Origin: Octopus sinensis
Taxonomy: Eukaryota
DNA length: 64,000 nucleotides
Assembly (NCBI RefSeq): GCF_006345805.1
Contig: NC_043013.1
Coordinates: forward strand, 8,370,001-8,434,000
Reading direction: 5' to 3'
Made by a program: the position numbers and the translations under genes. Shown here in pieces: positions 1 through 13,095 of the stretch (positions are counted from its first letter, which is position 1; each line of letters starts with the position of its first letter). The notes below the pieces were generated by a model that did no database searches, was not told where the DNA came from, and saw only the letters and a list, made by a program, of their open reading frames with translations.

Positions 1-238
1 AAAGAAAGTGTCTGTTTTAGAACCATTAGGGCATGAATTACCAACTTTAAAAACCATGAATGGAACATGACAAAATAAAAGTTGCCGTGCAGAATTCATG
101 CAAGCATAATGCTCTTTAACTAGCATGCAGAAACGGTAAAATCATGGAAAATGGTGTTTTGAGTGGATGGTATGTTATAGTACCATTCACCTCTACATCA
201 AGCCATTATCCAACAAAAGGTGTAAAATATATTTACAG

Positions 239-1190
239 TCGTAGGAGTGGCTGTGTGGTAAGTAGCTTGTTTACCAACCACATGGTTCAGGGTTCAGTCC
301 CACTGCAGGACACCTTGGGCAAGTGTCTTCTGCTATAGCCTCGGACCGACCAAAGCCTTGTGAGTGGATTTGGTAGACGGAAACTGAAAGAAGCCGTTCG
401 TATATATGTATATATATATATGTATGTGTGTTTGTGTATCTGTGTTTGTCCCCCTAGCATTGCTTTTCAACCGATGCTGGTGTGTTTACGTCCCCGTCAC
501 TTAGCGGTTCGGCAAAAAGAGACCGATAGAATAAGTACTGGGCTTACAAAGAATAAGTCCCGGGGTCGATTTGCTTGATTAAAGGCAGTGCTCCAGCATG
601 GCTGCAGTCAAATGACTGAAACAAGTAAAAGAGTAAAAGAGAGAGTAGGCGTAGGAGTGGCTGTGTGGTAAGTAGCTTGCTTACCAACTGCATGACTCCA
701 GGTTCAGTCCCACTGCGTGGCACCTTGGGCAAGTGTCTGCTGCTATAGCCTTGGGCCAACCAAAGCCTTGTGAGTAGAATTGGTGGATGGAAGCTGAAAG
801 AAGCCTGTCGTATGTATGTATTTATATATATGTATATGTATGTATGTATGTGTGTGTATATGTTTGTGTGTCGATTTGCTTGACTAAAGGCGGTGCTCCA
901 ACATGGCTGCAATCAAATGACTGAAAGAAGTAAAAGAGATAGTAAAAAAGAGAATATGTGTGTGTATGTATATGTTTGTGTGTCTGTGTTTGTCCCCCCA
1001 ACATCACTTGACAACCGATGCTGGTGTGTTTACGTCCTCGTTACTTAGCAGTTCAGCAAGAGAGACCGATAGAATAAGTACCTGGCTTACAAAGAATAAG
1101 TCCTGGGGTCGATTTGCTCGACTAAAAGGCGTTGCTCCAGCATGGCCACAGTCAAATGACTGAAACAAATAAAAGAATAAAAGAATAAAA
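239..1190 (+). mobile_element. Tandem cluster of tRNA-headed SINEs (family A, internal microsatellite, ...gactgaaacaagtaaaagag tail)
   Basis: A-box-like tggctgtgtggt and B-box-like ggttcagtcc. The same body recurs many times in the window. Confidence 0.85.
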
Positions 1191-1934
1191 ATTCAGCATT
1201 CAATAATCTGAATTCAGAAGAATTAATGTAAAAAAAAAAAAGAAAATAAGAAAAAAAGAAAAAAATGGTAAACACTCACACAAACTTACCGACACACATC
1301 ACATAATTATCATTAGAAATATAAAGCAGCTGAAAAAGTTATTCAAATGTTTGATGCTTTTGGTGGCTGGTTAGCAAAGTTCAGATATCAATATGTAGTC
1401 TGCATATCATTTAGATAACAATGGAAGCAGGAAGTGCTGACATCCTCCAGACTGCATCAGAAGTTCTAGCATAAGTGAAATGCTTCATAGACACAAGTAA
1501 ATATACACCAAATATAATTTTTAATCTAATCAGATGTAGATTATTTTGGAAAAGTCTAAAACTTTTTTGTTATATTATTAGCATGCTCATTAGAACATCA
1601 GACAAAATACTTTGTTGCAATTTTCCGGTTCTTTACATTCTGAGTTCCAATATCACTGAGGTCAACTTTGCCTTTCATCCTTGCAGGGTTGATAAAATGA
1701 AGTACAAGTCAAGCACTGTGTTGATGTCATCGAGTTACCCCCCTTTGTCCTATTGCTGGCCTTATGCCAATAGGACAAAATTTATCATGTTTACTCTCAA
1801 CTGAAGTAAGACTTTATAACCTCACTACCTCCTCCTGGTCCAATAAAAAACAAAAATTGAAACTGTTATTTGCGTAGTTATCACAGGATATACAATATCA
1901 ATGTGATTGGTTCCCCTTAACAGTTTGTTTAAAG

Positions 1935-2683
1935 CAGTGGTTCCCCCAAAGTGGGCAGTATTGCTCCCTCGTGGGACAGTGGGAAGTTCCAAGGAGACAT
2001 TGAAAAATAGTGGCATGATAATATAATTTTTTCCAGAAAATTTTTCTTTAACAGACTGGTGTTTAATATCGGTTGCTGTAATCAATTAACTTAACCCTTT
2101 CGTTACTGTATTTATTTTGAGATGCTCTGTGTTTCTTTTAATTACTTTAAATATAACAAAGAATTTAGTAAAATTACTTGGTTATCACTCAGCTAATGTT
2201 AGGAACATAAACTGTGACTAAGGTTTGGTGGAAGATTTTAATTCTAAACTTATGAAAACAAGACATTTGTACTCAGAGCCAGAACCGGTTTCATCCGGGC
2301 TGGTAACGAAAGGGTTAAATATCTCCTACAATCATCATCATCATCGTCGTCAATCATATCATCATCATCACCATCATCAACATCTTCATCAACATTGTCT
2401 TCATCAATGCCGTTGTCACCACCACCACTTAATGTCTGTTTTTCATGCTGGCATTGGTTGGGTGATTCATGTAAAAAGTGGGGGGGGGATAATGGAGTAG
2501 TGATTCATTTAAAAACAACAAAATAATGGATTTATTAGGTTAGGTTTTATTTGTGAAATGCAGTTGCTTTGAATTTGCTGCAGAAAGAGGTCTATGTTTG
2601 TGATGGTTAGTTGGGTTGGGGGTGCTAGGAATGTGGTCTGGGGGTCAAGGGGGCAGCAACCTGTAAAAGTTTGGGAACTGCTG
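1935..2683. mobile_element. hAT-type non-autonomous element with nested insertions
   Basis: Imperfect TIRs CAGTGGTTCCC.../...GGGAACTGCTG flanked by the 8-bp TSD GTTTAAAG (1927-1934 and 2684-2691). Confidence 0.75.
2095..2314. mobile_element. piggyBac-type MITE, 220 bp
   Basis: TTAA TSD on both sides, TIR CCCTTTCGTTAC. A second copy lies at 52520-52739. Confidence 0.88.
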
Positions 2684-2929
2684 GTTTAAAGGGTTGTAAA
2701 CTGATGACCAAAAGAAAGAGGTATTAGAAATAATTCCAGAAGGTCATCATTCTGGGGGAGAAAGGATTGGGAATAGTGTTTAAAGCAAAAACTGGTTGGC
2801 TGGATAGAGTGTAGATGATGAAAGGAGGAGGAGGAGAAGAAGGAGGAGAGATAAGTAAGCTGGGAGTTTCTGAATGGAGATAGCTTAAGACCAACCAATT
2901 CTCATGAGCAGAGGCCATAGTAGTAACAG

Positions 2930-3200
2930 TAGAAAAGGCTGAGAGAGGACACAGCCTGTCTGTCTTGCACAAGCTGAATAAAAGTGAGTCAAATGGCCAT
3001 CCACTGGATGCAGTTACTGATCTCTGTTAGTGCAGTAGCAGTACCATCCCAGATATAGAAGCAGTACTCCATTGTGTACCTAACCTAAGCTTTGTAGAGA
3101 ATGTGCAGTTGTTCAGGAAGTAATTTTCTTGTTCTAAAAGAAGTACTGGTTGGCCTTGGAGATGAAGTCAGCTATGTTAAGGAAATTTGTGCTTATGTTC
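2930..3200 (-). mobile_element. CR1-like LINE RT C-terminal relic
   Basis: The minus strand reads YKA*VRYTMEYCFYIWDG, resembling LYKAQVRPxMEYCSxVWxG. Confidence 0.55.
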
Positions 3201-3268
3201 ATGAACTCTACACCTCAACAGCAAATAACGACTACAGCTACGGTGTCATCCAAATCTAATCTACTCCT

Positions 3269-3306
<38 letters not shown>

Positions 3307-3309
<3 letters not shown>

Positions 3310-3602
3310 AACAATTGCAGCATGGAAGGTGTTTATAAGCCATTTAAGAAACACACAAAAACCGTTAGATTCACTTCAACATTTAAATTTAATTTGTCAA
3401 AGTATTTTCGCCGCTTTGAGACCGCGGCCTGTTCACTGATAAAATTCTGTGCTGCATCACAGAATTTTATCAGTGAACAGGTCATGGTCTCAAAGCGACG
3501 AAAATATTTTGACAAATTAAATTTAAATGTTGAAGTGAATCTAATGGTTTTTGTGTGTTTCTTAAATGGCTTATAAACACCTTCCACGCTGCAATTGTTT
3601 TC
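3307..3602. mobile_element. Near-perfect ~295-bp foldback of Penelope-pLTR-like arms
   Basis: Arms of ~145 bp differing only by transitions, with a short loop near 3452-3457. The left end abuts (TA)n. Confidence 0.85.
3463..3518 (+). ncRNA. Minimal type I hammerhead ribozyme motif, G3-C8 core variant
   Basis: UUUAUCA-GUGAACA-G-GUCAU...GCGAC-GAAA-AUAU-UU-UGACAAA. Mirror copy on the minus strand at 3391-3446. Confidence 0.65.
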
Positions 3603-5399
3603 GTTCCAGCACACAATCTCAGATCAGGTCACTTGCTATGCAAGTACATCTCTGTAATATATATAGAAATATAACAGAAAAACTTGGCTTTATTTACCGA
3701 AAGATTTGTTAAGCATTTCTGCATTACTGTCAAATGTTACAGGGAAAAGAATAATTTTGAACTCAAGGCAGTTTTGATTTCAGACAATAATTCTGGTCAT
3801 CCTTCATATTTCAGTTCATTCCAGGTATGCATTCTGCATTCTTTCTTCTTTGACTCATTTTCATTCCACCAAACACAATTTCATTTGTACAGCCTATAGC
3901 TGAATGAATTATTCCATCACTACCATCTTTACCATCTTCCCTGGTACTCCTACTCACACTTATGTAATGCAGGGTAGCCATGTATCTCCTTTATAACAAG
4001 ACAACCTTGCTTGTCCCTCTATCATACTGTGGTGGAGCATAAAGCCACCTCCACCACTCTCAAATACACTACCACCAACACAAGGTAGGGAGCTTCTCTT
4101 TTCTTGTATTGCAAGTTACTTTGGCAACCTCACAATTGATACTTACTGTATCACACAAAAAAAGTACCCAGCATACTCGGTAAAGAAGTTGGTATTATGA
4201 AGGGTACTCAACCATAGAAACCAAACCGAAGCTGACATTGGAACTCAACACAGCCCAGCCCCTTGCTTGATCCTTTCAAACCACCTAACGAATGCCAGCA
4301 TGGACAGCAGACATTAAATGGTGGTGGTGGTGGTGGTGCTGGTGGTGACAACGACATTGATGAAGATGTTGACGGTGGTGGTGGTGGTGGTGGTGGTGAT
4401 GATGATGATGATGATGATGATGAGGAGGAGGAGGAGGAGGAGGAGGATTGTACAAGACCTTTAAGTTAGTTGATTACAGCAACTGATGATAAACACCAGT
4501 GTTTTAAAAGAAAAATTTTGGAAAAAATTACATTATGCAAATAATGAAAGAAAAAAAAATGTTAAATGCCTGGGAAGAAGTTAATCGTGCCTCATTAGGT
4601 TTCAGAGCTAAAAAAAAAAAAAAAAAGAAAATGAAGGAGGAAAAAAAATTACATCTAAATATAATTAAAAAGAACTTTAGGATTGGACGAAACATTTTCA
4701 ATCTGCAATAATAGCCTTGAACAAGTGACACAAAAAAGGAGATTTGAAGACATTGATGCAGGAGATATCAATGATTTATTGTAAATTGATAACAAGACCC
4801 TCACCTTTTGGGACATTAAGGAGATAACAGAACTGCAGGCTTGTAGATCAGATAGCAAACAAGAGAAAGGCCTTAGTGAAGCAATGCATACTATGGAGTG
4901 AATTTCAAAGATCAGTTCAAATTTTGAACAAAGTATGAAGTTAAAAAGTTGTCAATGGTAGGGCTAAATCTGCTCAATAATAGCAGGAAAGAATCAGGGG
5001 CTTGTACTTTTTCGCCCCAACTTTCTCTCACTCTTTCTTCCTGTTTCTTGAGTAATGCTGCGATGGACTGGTGTCCTGTCCAGCTGGGGGAACACATATG
5101 CCATAGAAACTGAGAAACCAGGCCCATGAGCCTGCCTAGGCTTGAAAAGGGTGCAAAGAAAGAAAGATGCTGTAATGTAGGTGCTTCAGCATCCTTAGTC
5201 ATTCGTAACAATGATTGAATTTTTTCCTTTATGGTATCACATTGTATTTGGCTGTCTTTATTCTTTTATATGCATGTGTGTGTGTGTGTAAATAGATAGA
5301 TAAAGAGTTTGTGCTTTTATTCGTAGATTTGAGTGATATGAAGGAATTGCTATCATATTGTATTTAACTGATTTTTTTTTTAAAGAGTCTCTAATTTGA

Positions 5400-5670
5400 T
5401 GTCAAAAGCACCATCTGATCGTGGCCATTGCCATCCTTGCCTGGCCCCCGTGCCGGTGGCATGTAAAAAGCACCATCCGACCGTGGCCGTTTGCCAGCCC
5501 CGTCTGGCACGTAAAATGCATCCACTACACTCACGGAGTGGTTGGCGTTAGGAAGGGCATCCAGCCGTAGAAACATTGTCAGATCAGACTGGAGCCTGGT
5601 GCAGCCTTCTCGCCTCCCAGACCCCAGTTGAACCGTCCAACCCATGCTAGCATGGAAAACAGACGCTAAG

Positions 5671-5730
<60 letters not shown>
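5400..5730 (+). mobile_element. SINE or truncated element sharing the RTE 3' tail, ending in (GAT)n (family C)
   Basis: Same ...aacccatgctagcatggaaaac.gacg(c/t)taa-(gat)n end as the RTE at 24262. Other copies at 10770-11125, 15475-15587, 40465-40835 and 52885-53262 (minus). Confidence 0.8.
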
Positions 5731-5732
<2 letters not shown>

Positions 5733-5765
5733 CTTGACGTTTGGCACTTCGTTGCACATATATGC

Positions 5766-5798
<33 letters not shown>

Positions 5799-5881
5799 TG
5801 TTCGTGTATTTGCTTACCTGCCTATCTTTCTTGTTAACCTTTCTAAACTTTATTTTTTGTTGTTGTTTATTTTCATTTCAG

Positions 5882-5980
5882 TATCATGAAAAATGTGCTT
5901 CGAGCATAAAACAAGAGTGTGATTTAGGAGAGTTCAGAGAGCATATTTTACCACCGACATCCATTGTTCCAGCAGTTGTG
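5882..5980 (+). CDS. DGK: Type I diacylglycerol kinase exon, end of C1B domain (YHEKCASSIKQECDLGEFREHILPPTSIVPAVV)
   Basis: Acceptor tttcatttcag, donor gtaaga, 99 nt, phase 0/0. The peptide matches the HxxC...ECDxGxxxxHILPP pattern of DGKA/B/G. Confidence 0.92.
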
Positions 5981-6114
5981 GTAAGAAGAATCATTAACAT
6001 AGTCTCAATAGTTTTTTTTCAAACATCAGTTTTGTCTGATATAAACCCATCACAGTTTGCTACGTAGTCATGCATAATATATTATTATTATTGTTATTAT
6101 CATTATTATTATTA

Positions 6115-6200
<86 letters not shown>

Positions 6201-6201
<1 letters not shown>

Positions 6202-6371
6202 ACACCAAGTATATAGTGCGTTTGTTTTTATTGGCTAAACTGGCAATATGACCATTCCGAAATATAACAATATCTGTTTCAACACACGACTTCACATAAA
6301 AAAAAAAATCTTGCACAACAAATATTTAAATGTATTATTATTATTATTATTTATTATTATTATTATTATTA

Positions 6372-6417
<46 letters not shown>

Positions 6418-6663
6418 TATTATTATTATATTATTATTATTATTATTATTATTTATTATTATTATTATTAAAAACAGTGAGTGACAAAATCATCAGGACA
6501 CTTCACAAAATACTTAGTAGCATTTGGTCTATCTTTACGATCTGAGTTCAAATTCTGCCTTTTACCCCTCTTTGGAGTTGATAACAAGTATTTGTTGGGT
6601 AGTGGGGGACCAACATTACTGACTAGCCCCTTTCCCCTCAAAAACTGGACCAAAATTTGAAAC

Positions 6664-6716
<53 letters not shown>

Positions 6717-6730
6717 TATTATTGTTATTA

Positions 6731-6771
<41 letters not shown>

Positions 6772-6802
6772 TATTATTATTATTATTATTATATTATTAT
6801 TA

Positions 6803-6833
<31 letters not shown>

Positions 6834-6963
6834 ACACCAAGTATATAGTGCGTTTGTTTTTATTGGCTAAACTGGCAATATGACCATTCCGAAATATAAC
6901 AATATCTGTTTCAACACACGACTTCACATAAAAAAAAAAATCTTGCACAACAAATATTTAAAT

Positions 6964-7005
<42 letters not shown>

Positions 7006-7022
7006 TATTATTATTATTATTA

Positions 7023-7053
<31 letters not shown>

Positions 7054-7281
7054 AATTATTATTGTTATTATTATTATTATTATTATTAAAAACAGTGAGT
7101 GACAAAATCATCAGGACACTTCACAAAATACTTAGTAGCATTTGGTCTATCTTTACGATCTGAGTTCAAATTCTGCCTTTTACCCCTCTTTGGAGTTGAT
7201 AACAAGTATTTGTTGGGTAGTGGGGGACCAACATTACTGACTAGCCCCTTTCCCCTCAAAAACTGGACCAAAATTTGAAAC

Positions 7282-7283
<2 letters not shown>
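6201..7283. repeat. Tandem duplication with ~620-630 bp period embedded in (ATT)n
   Basis: The unique blocks of 6201-6665 and 6833-7283 appear identical; only the microsatellite lengths differ. Confidence 0.9.
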
Positions 7284-7339
<56 letters not shown>

Positions 7340-7689
7340 GTTATTATTATTATTATTAAAGACAATGAAATGCCAGAATTGCTAGCTCACTGAACAAAAA
7401 CGCTTAGCATTGTTTCTTCAGGCTTTACATCCTGAGTTCAAATTCCACCAAGGTTAAATGACTTTACCTCTCACTCTTTTGGTATTATAAAATAAATGCT
7501 AGTAAAATACTAGAATCAATATAACCAAATAGCCACCTTTCCACCAAATTTTCAGGCTTTGTACCTATAGTAGAAGGATTATTATTATTATTATTATTAT
7601 TATGATTATTATTATTATATTATTATTATTATTATTATTATCATTATATTATTATTATTACTATTATAAATATTATTATTGTTGTTGTT

Positions 7690-8130
7690 TAACTGCCTTC
7701 TTTCTATTGTGCGCTTTTACTGCACTACCAAGTATGGCTTTGTGTGCCTTATGTATGTACACTGTGTGCGATACCTAGCATTACTATTTTACGTATGTTA
7801 TGCATATCTGTAAGTCTTAGGGTTGTGGTTATGTGTTCGTCTACATGTGTTTTTATCATTCCCAAAGTTCCTATTATTATAGAGATTGTTTCTGTTCTGT
7901 TCTCAGACCCCACTTTCAGGTTATTTCTGTTTCCAGATCTTTATATTCCTCCGTTTTTTGTTGTTGTTTTTTTTATCTACATTATCATCTGTTGGGATTG
8001 ATATGTTGATTAAGTAATATTTCATTTCCTTTTGGTTCTCATCAACAATATCTTGTTGAATATCCTTTGATTTCTGTCTGTATATATTGGCATATCCCAG
8101 AGTATGGCTGGTTTGCCATTCTTAGAGACC
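7690..8130 (-). mobile_element. R4/Dong-like LINE 3' fragment (restriction-like endonuclease)
   Basis: ILWDMPIYTDR...ISIPTDDN...YKDLETEI...ETISIIIGTLG in broken frames, next to (TAA)n. Confidence 0.7.
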
Positions 8131-8262
8131 TATCATTATTATTATTCTTTTTAACTCAGGTTTTGTTGGAACTCCTGGACTCTTGTATGCATAGTGGCCT
8201 TGCTGCCTGCAGCCAGCAGTACCATGCTATCTGTTCTTTTCAACTATCTAATTATTTCCTGA

Positions 8263-8317
<55 letters not shown>

Positions 8318-8726
8318 TATTATCATTATTGAGTGAGAGAGCAGTGCATGCCATCAAAATGACACTGGGGTAAAATATACAAAGCCCAGTATACCCATCA
8401 CGACTACCCATCTGATAAGGGTACACCAGGCAAATGCATCACAACCATATGTGCATGACACGGTGATCTCATATCAAGACAAACAGCACATGACCTTGCA
8501 GGTAGAGCCCAGTTAAAATTTTCTTCAACTCAAGTAACCCAGCCCACTCAAAAAATCTCTGAATAAGAGTTGTTTAAGGGTATTGAATGAAACACCCATG
8601 TTTCCAAAGGTGAATTATCCAAACCCCAAAGAATTCCTCTCAACACGTGGCTATGATGCTTCCCCACTACTTCTACTCATGATCAGAGATGCACATATCA
8701 TCAGCCACTAAGGGATATGCTTATTA

Positions 8727-8810
<84 letters not shown>

Positions 8811-9071
8811 GTTATTATTATTATGCCAATCTACCATTTGAGATTGGTGAATTGATAGAGCATCAGGAAAAATGCCTTGAGATATTTTTGGAACATTTCA
8901 CACTCTGAGTCCAAATCTTGCCAAGGTGAACTTTGCCTCTTGCCCTTTTGTGATTGATACCGATCGATATTTCATGTCAATTCTTTTGTCTCACTGCATT
9001 CAGTATAATTGATCGATCACCTTCCTTTAAAATTGCTAGCCTTATGCATAAATCAGAAAACATTATTATCA

Positions 9072-9158
<87 letters not shown>

Positions 9159-11590
9159 ATGGTGGCAGCGAGCTGGCAGAATCATTAGCATGCCAGCTAA
9201 AATTCTTAACCGTATTTCGTCTGCCACTACATTCTGAGTTCAAATTCCACCGAGGTCAACTTTGTCTTTCATCCTTTTGGGATCAATAAATTAAGCACCA
9301 TTTGAGTCCAGGGGTCAATGTAATTGACTTACACCACACTTAAAATTTCAAGCCTTGTACCTATAATAGAAAAGATTATCATCATTATTTTTATTATTAT
9401 TATTATTATTCATATTTGTATTAGTAGAAGTAGTAGTATTGAAGGTTGTGAGGTGGCAGTATTGTTACTGCACCAAAATGCTTAGCAGCAGTTCTTCTGG
9501 TTTTATGTTCTGAATTCAAGGTCAAGGTCGACTTAGCTCTTCATCGTTTTGAGGCCAATAAAATCACTACCAGTTGAGTACTAGATTTATGTAATCAACA
9601 ATCTCCACCCTCAAGATTTCAGATCTCCTGTCTACATTACTATTGTTATGTATTTATATTGATGTTCGTAATTTGATCAATGATTTTTTTGTTGATTTTA
9701 GAGGCGTGGCGATGTACACTAACATCAAGCCACAGGTACTCCTCAGACGTCGCATTGCTTATTTAGATTAGGAACATACCTGCATCATACGTTTGTGTCT
9801 TGTTGCTTTTTAGAGTGTGCTGAAAATATTTCATGTCAATTCTTTTGTCTTACATAATTTGAACAAATCAAATGTTATTTTTAATGTTCTTAACATCAAA
9901 ATGCTCCTTTTAATGTTCCCTAATATCAAAAGACAAAACAATCTGTAATTCTGATAACAATGTCTGGTCTGTTAATAATAGTCAGTTTTGTTAATGATGT
10001 GGGGATATTTTCCCTCAAGGATGGTATATTGTTCATGGCTAGTTACTAGTTTCAAAATGTTCCAGTGCTGTTTGTCACTGACTTGTACCCCTAAATGCCT
10101 GTACATCTTTCTGATTGATATGTTTGCTAATTTTATATACATTGCTTATGTCTTGTTTCAGGTATCTGAGAATTTTACCTTGCATGGGCTGGTGTAATAG
10201 TGACCTTATTATTATTGTTGTTGTTGTTGTTATTGTTACTATCGTTATTGCTTAGTCACATTTCTTCCATGTTTAATATGTTCGAAGCTAAATCCCACTG
10301 AAATCCAAATCTTTTGGGATTGATACAGTAAAGTATCAGTCAAGTACTGGGGTGGATGTAATTGACTTTTCTCTCTCTCTCTCTTCAAGAAATTGCTGGC
10401 CAGAATTAGAAAGAATTATTATTATCATTACTGTTTGGTGGTAATTCTTCAAATCCCACCAGGTTTAAGTTTACCTTACATCCTTTCAGAATCAATAAAA
10501 CAATGTACCAGTCAAATACTGGGGTTGATATAAACAACCAACTCCATTCCTCTAAAACTCTTGACCTTGGGCCAAAGTTTGAGACAATTACAAAGATGTC
10601 AAGCTGCCAGAATTGCTAGTGTTAGATAAAATGCTAGGTGGCATTTCTACCAACACTTCACTTCCTGAGTTCAAATCTCAGCAAGGTCAACTTTACTTTT
10701 CATCCTTTCAGGGTTGATAAAATAACTATTTCTATACATCTCCACTGATTATGAAGTGATTTCTTATGTCATCATCATCATCATCATCATCGTTTAACGT
10801 CCGTTTTCCGCGCTAGCACGGGTTGGACGGTTCGACCGGGGTCTGGGAAGCCAGGGGCTGCACCAGGCTCCAGTCTGATCTGGCAGAGTTTCTACAGCTG
10901 GATGCCCTTCCTAACGCCAACCACTCCACGAGTGTAGTGGGTGCTTTTTACGTGCCACCTGCACAGGTGCCAGGGGGGTCTGGCATCGGCCACGATCGGT
11001 TGGAGCTTTTAACGTGCCACCGGCACGGAAGCCAGCTATGGCGGCGCTGGCATCGGCCACGTTTGGATGGTGCTTTTTATGTGCCACCGGCACAGAAGCC
11101 AGTCGGGGCGGCGCTGGCATCGGCCAATTTCTTAGATTTTTTTTTTGTGTGTTTGTTTTTGTTTTTCTGTTCCATGGTTACAAAATCTATTTTACAGGCC
11201 ATGAAGCCTTACAGATTTTTTTTTTTCTCTCATTTGGTTTAGTCTGTGTTCTCATTTCTTGATGTCTATCATCTCACACATTTTGTTTGAAAATAATGGC
11301 TACCTTAGAAAGCTATCATAACCTGTTAAAAAGTGTTCCTGTCATTTTGCACTGATAATTACACATTATTAAACTAATTAGTTGTAGAAACTGGTTCTCA
11401 GTGGTTTTACTTTTTTTTTTTCTCATTTCAATTTCTATAGGAAAAATTCTACAATGCAACCATCATTTTTCTATTTAATGCTATTGAATTTGCAGCACTG
11501 AAGTCTGGTATTTTATTGATTTTCAGAGTTCTTTCCAAAGGCCATATCCCAAAATTGCTTACTTCATTTATTTATTTATTTATCTATTTA

Positions 11591-11645
<55 letters not shown>

Positions 11646-12926
11646 CATTATTATTATTATTATTATCATTATTATTATTATTATTATTATTGTTATTATT
11701 ATAAGTACTGAATTTTCCATAATTAATAATCTAGCACAGCCCTTTAAAATTCAGAATATAGAAAAAAATCTCTCTAGGGATATACCATTTACTCAACCTA
11801 TATGAACTATGATATCAACAGAAAAAAATAAATTATATGAAATTAAGCTAATGATGTTAACAATCAGCCCTAGTAATTTGTTAAAAATCATTTCCATTAG
11901 CAAGTCATGATTATAATCATTTTTTTTTTTTTTTACTATTTCTATTTCCTATACATCATAGACATGCTTGCGTTTTGATCAGTTGAGAGAAATTATTTTA
12001 CAAATATATGCATTTATACAAACATAAATAAAGACTATGCAATAAGCACCAATCTAAAGCAAATAGCCAGCCAGCCTGCAATTAGGGCAATCAAATCTCT
12101 CTAAGAAACAATTTAGGCAGCTTCCACCTGCTTCATGTTATGTACTGTAATATGTGCACTGAAGTCTTGTCAGCATTCATTCAACACATTTATAATATTT
12201 GCTAGAAAACTTTAAACACTTTTCTCCAGTCTTGGCACAGAGTATTTTTCTAGATACTTTCAAAGTGTGGGATTTTGATATTTGATATTGCTGTATCGTC
12301 AGAGACAAAAGCCAAAGATTATCATGTAACACAGGCAATTGGTTAAAACATGCAGCCTACCACACCATGCTTTAATGAAGGCACACTTCATGTATTTTTT
12401 ACCAAAGAACAGATTGATTTAATATTATTAACTCTTTTGCAATTGTTTTCCTGGATATTTTCCCACCAGCTGCATGCATAATTTAAATTTAATTAAGATT
12501 TTGGAATTTTCTATCCATTTTGGTTATTTGATATTTTGGAGTTGTTGATCCATTTCAGTTTTTGACATTTTTGTTCATTCTTGCTGGCCTTGGTCAAACT
12601 TTTACATTGTTCTAATGATTTCTCCTGGTCAATTAATTCATAGAGAATTTCAATTAACCTAAACATTAAGTTATGTATTGCTGCAAACATAAATATATAT
12701 ATATATATTATATATATATATAACTAAGTGGCGCTTTGTCAGTTATGATTATGTGGTTTCTAGTTGATCCAGAAATTAACGTACAAGTGGCTGAGTATAT
12801 ATATATATATATATATAATATATATATATATATATGTGTTGGAAAAGCCAATATATATATATATATATATATGTATGTATATATATATATGGCTTTTTCA
12901 ATGTGCAATAACTAAGTTACACATAC

Positions 12927-12957
<31 letters not shown>

Positions 12958-13048
12958 ATATATATATATGATGATGATGATGATGATGATGATGACGATG
13001 ATATATGTATGTATATATATATATATATAATATATATTATATATATAA

Positions 13049-13095
<47 letters not shown>

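Larger units (their letters stand above)
1300..4990 (+). pseudogene. Decayed, fragmented pogo/Tigger DDE transposase
   Basis: Collinear pieces: GGWLAKF and YTPNIIFN...LFWKSL (~1360-1560), KAVLISDNNSGHP (~3690-3805, resembling KALLLLDNAPGHP), AWEEV (~4570), GFEDIDAGDINDLL-like (~4740). Interrupted by younger elements. Confidence 0.65.

Noticed and set aside
3322-3614. Mirror-image ORFs on both strands
   Set aside because: They are a by-product of the palindrome, with no protein family resemblance.
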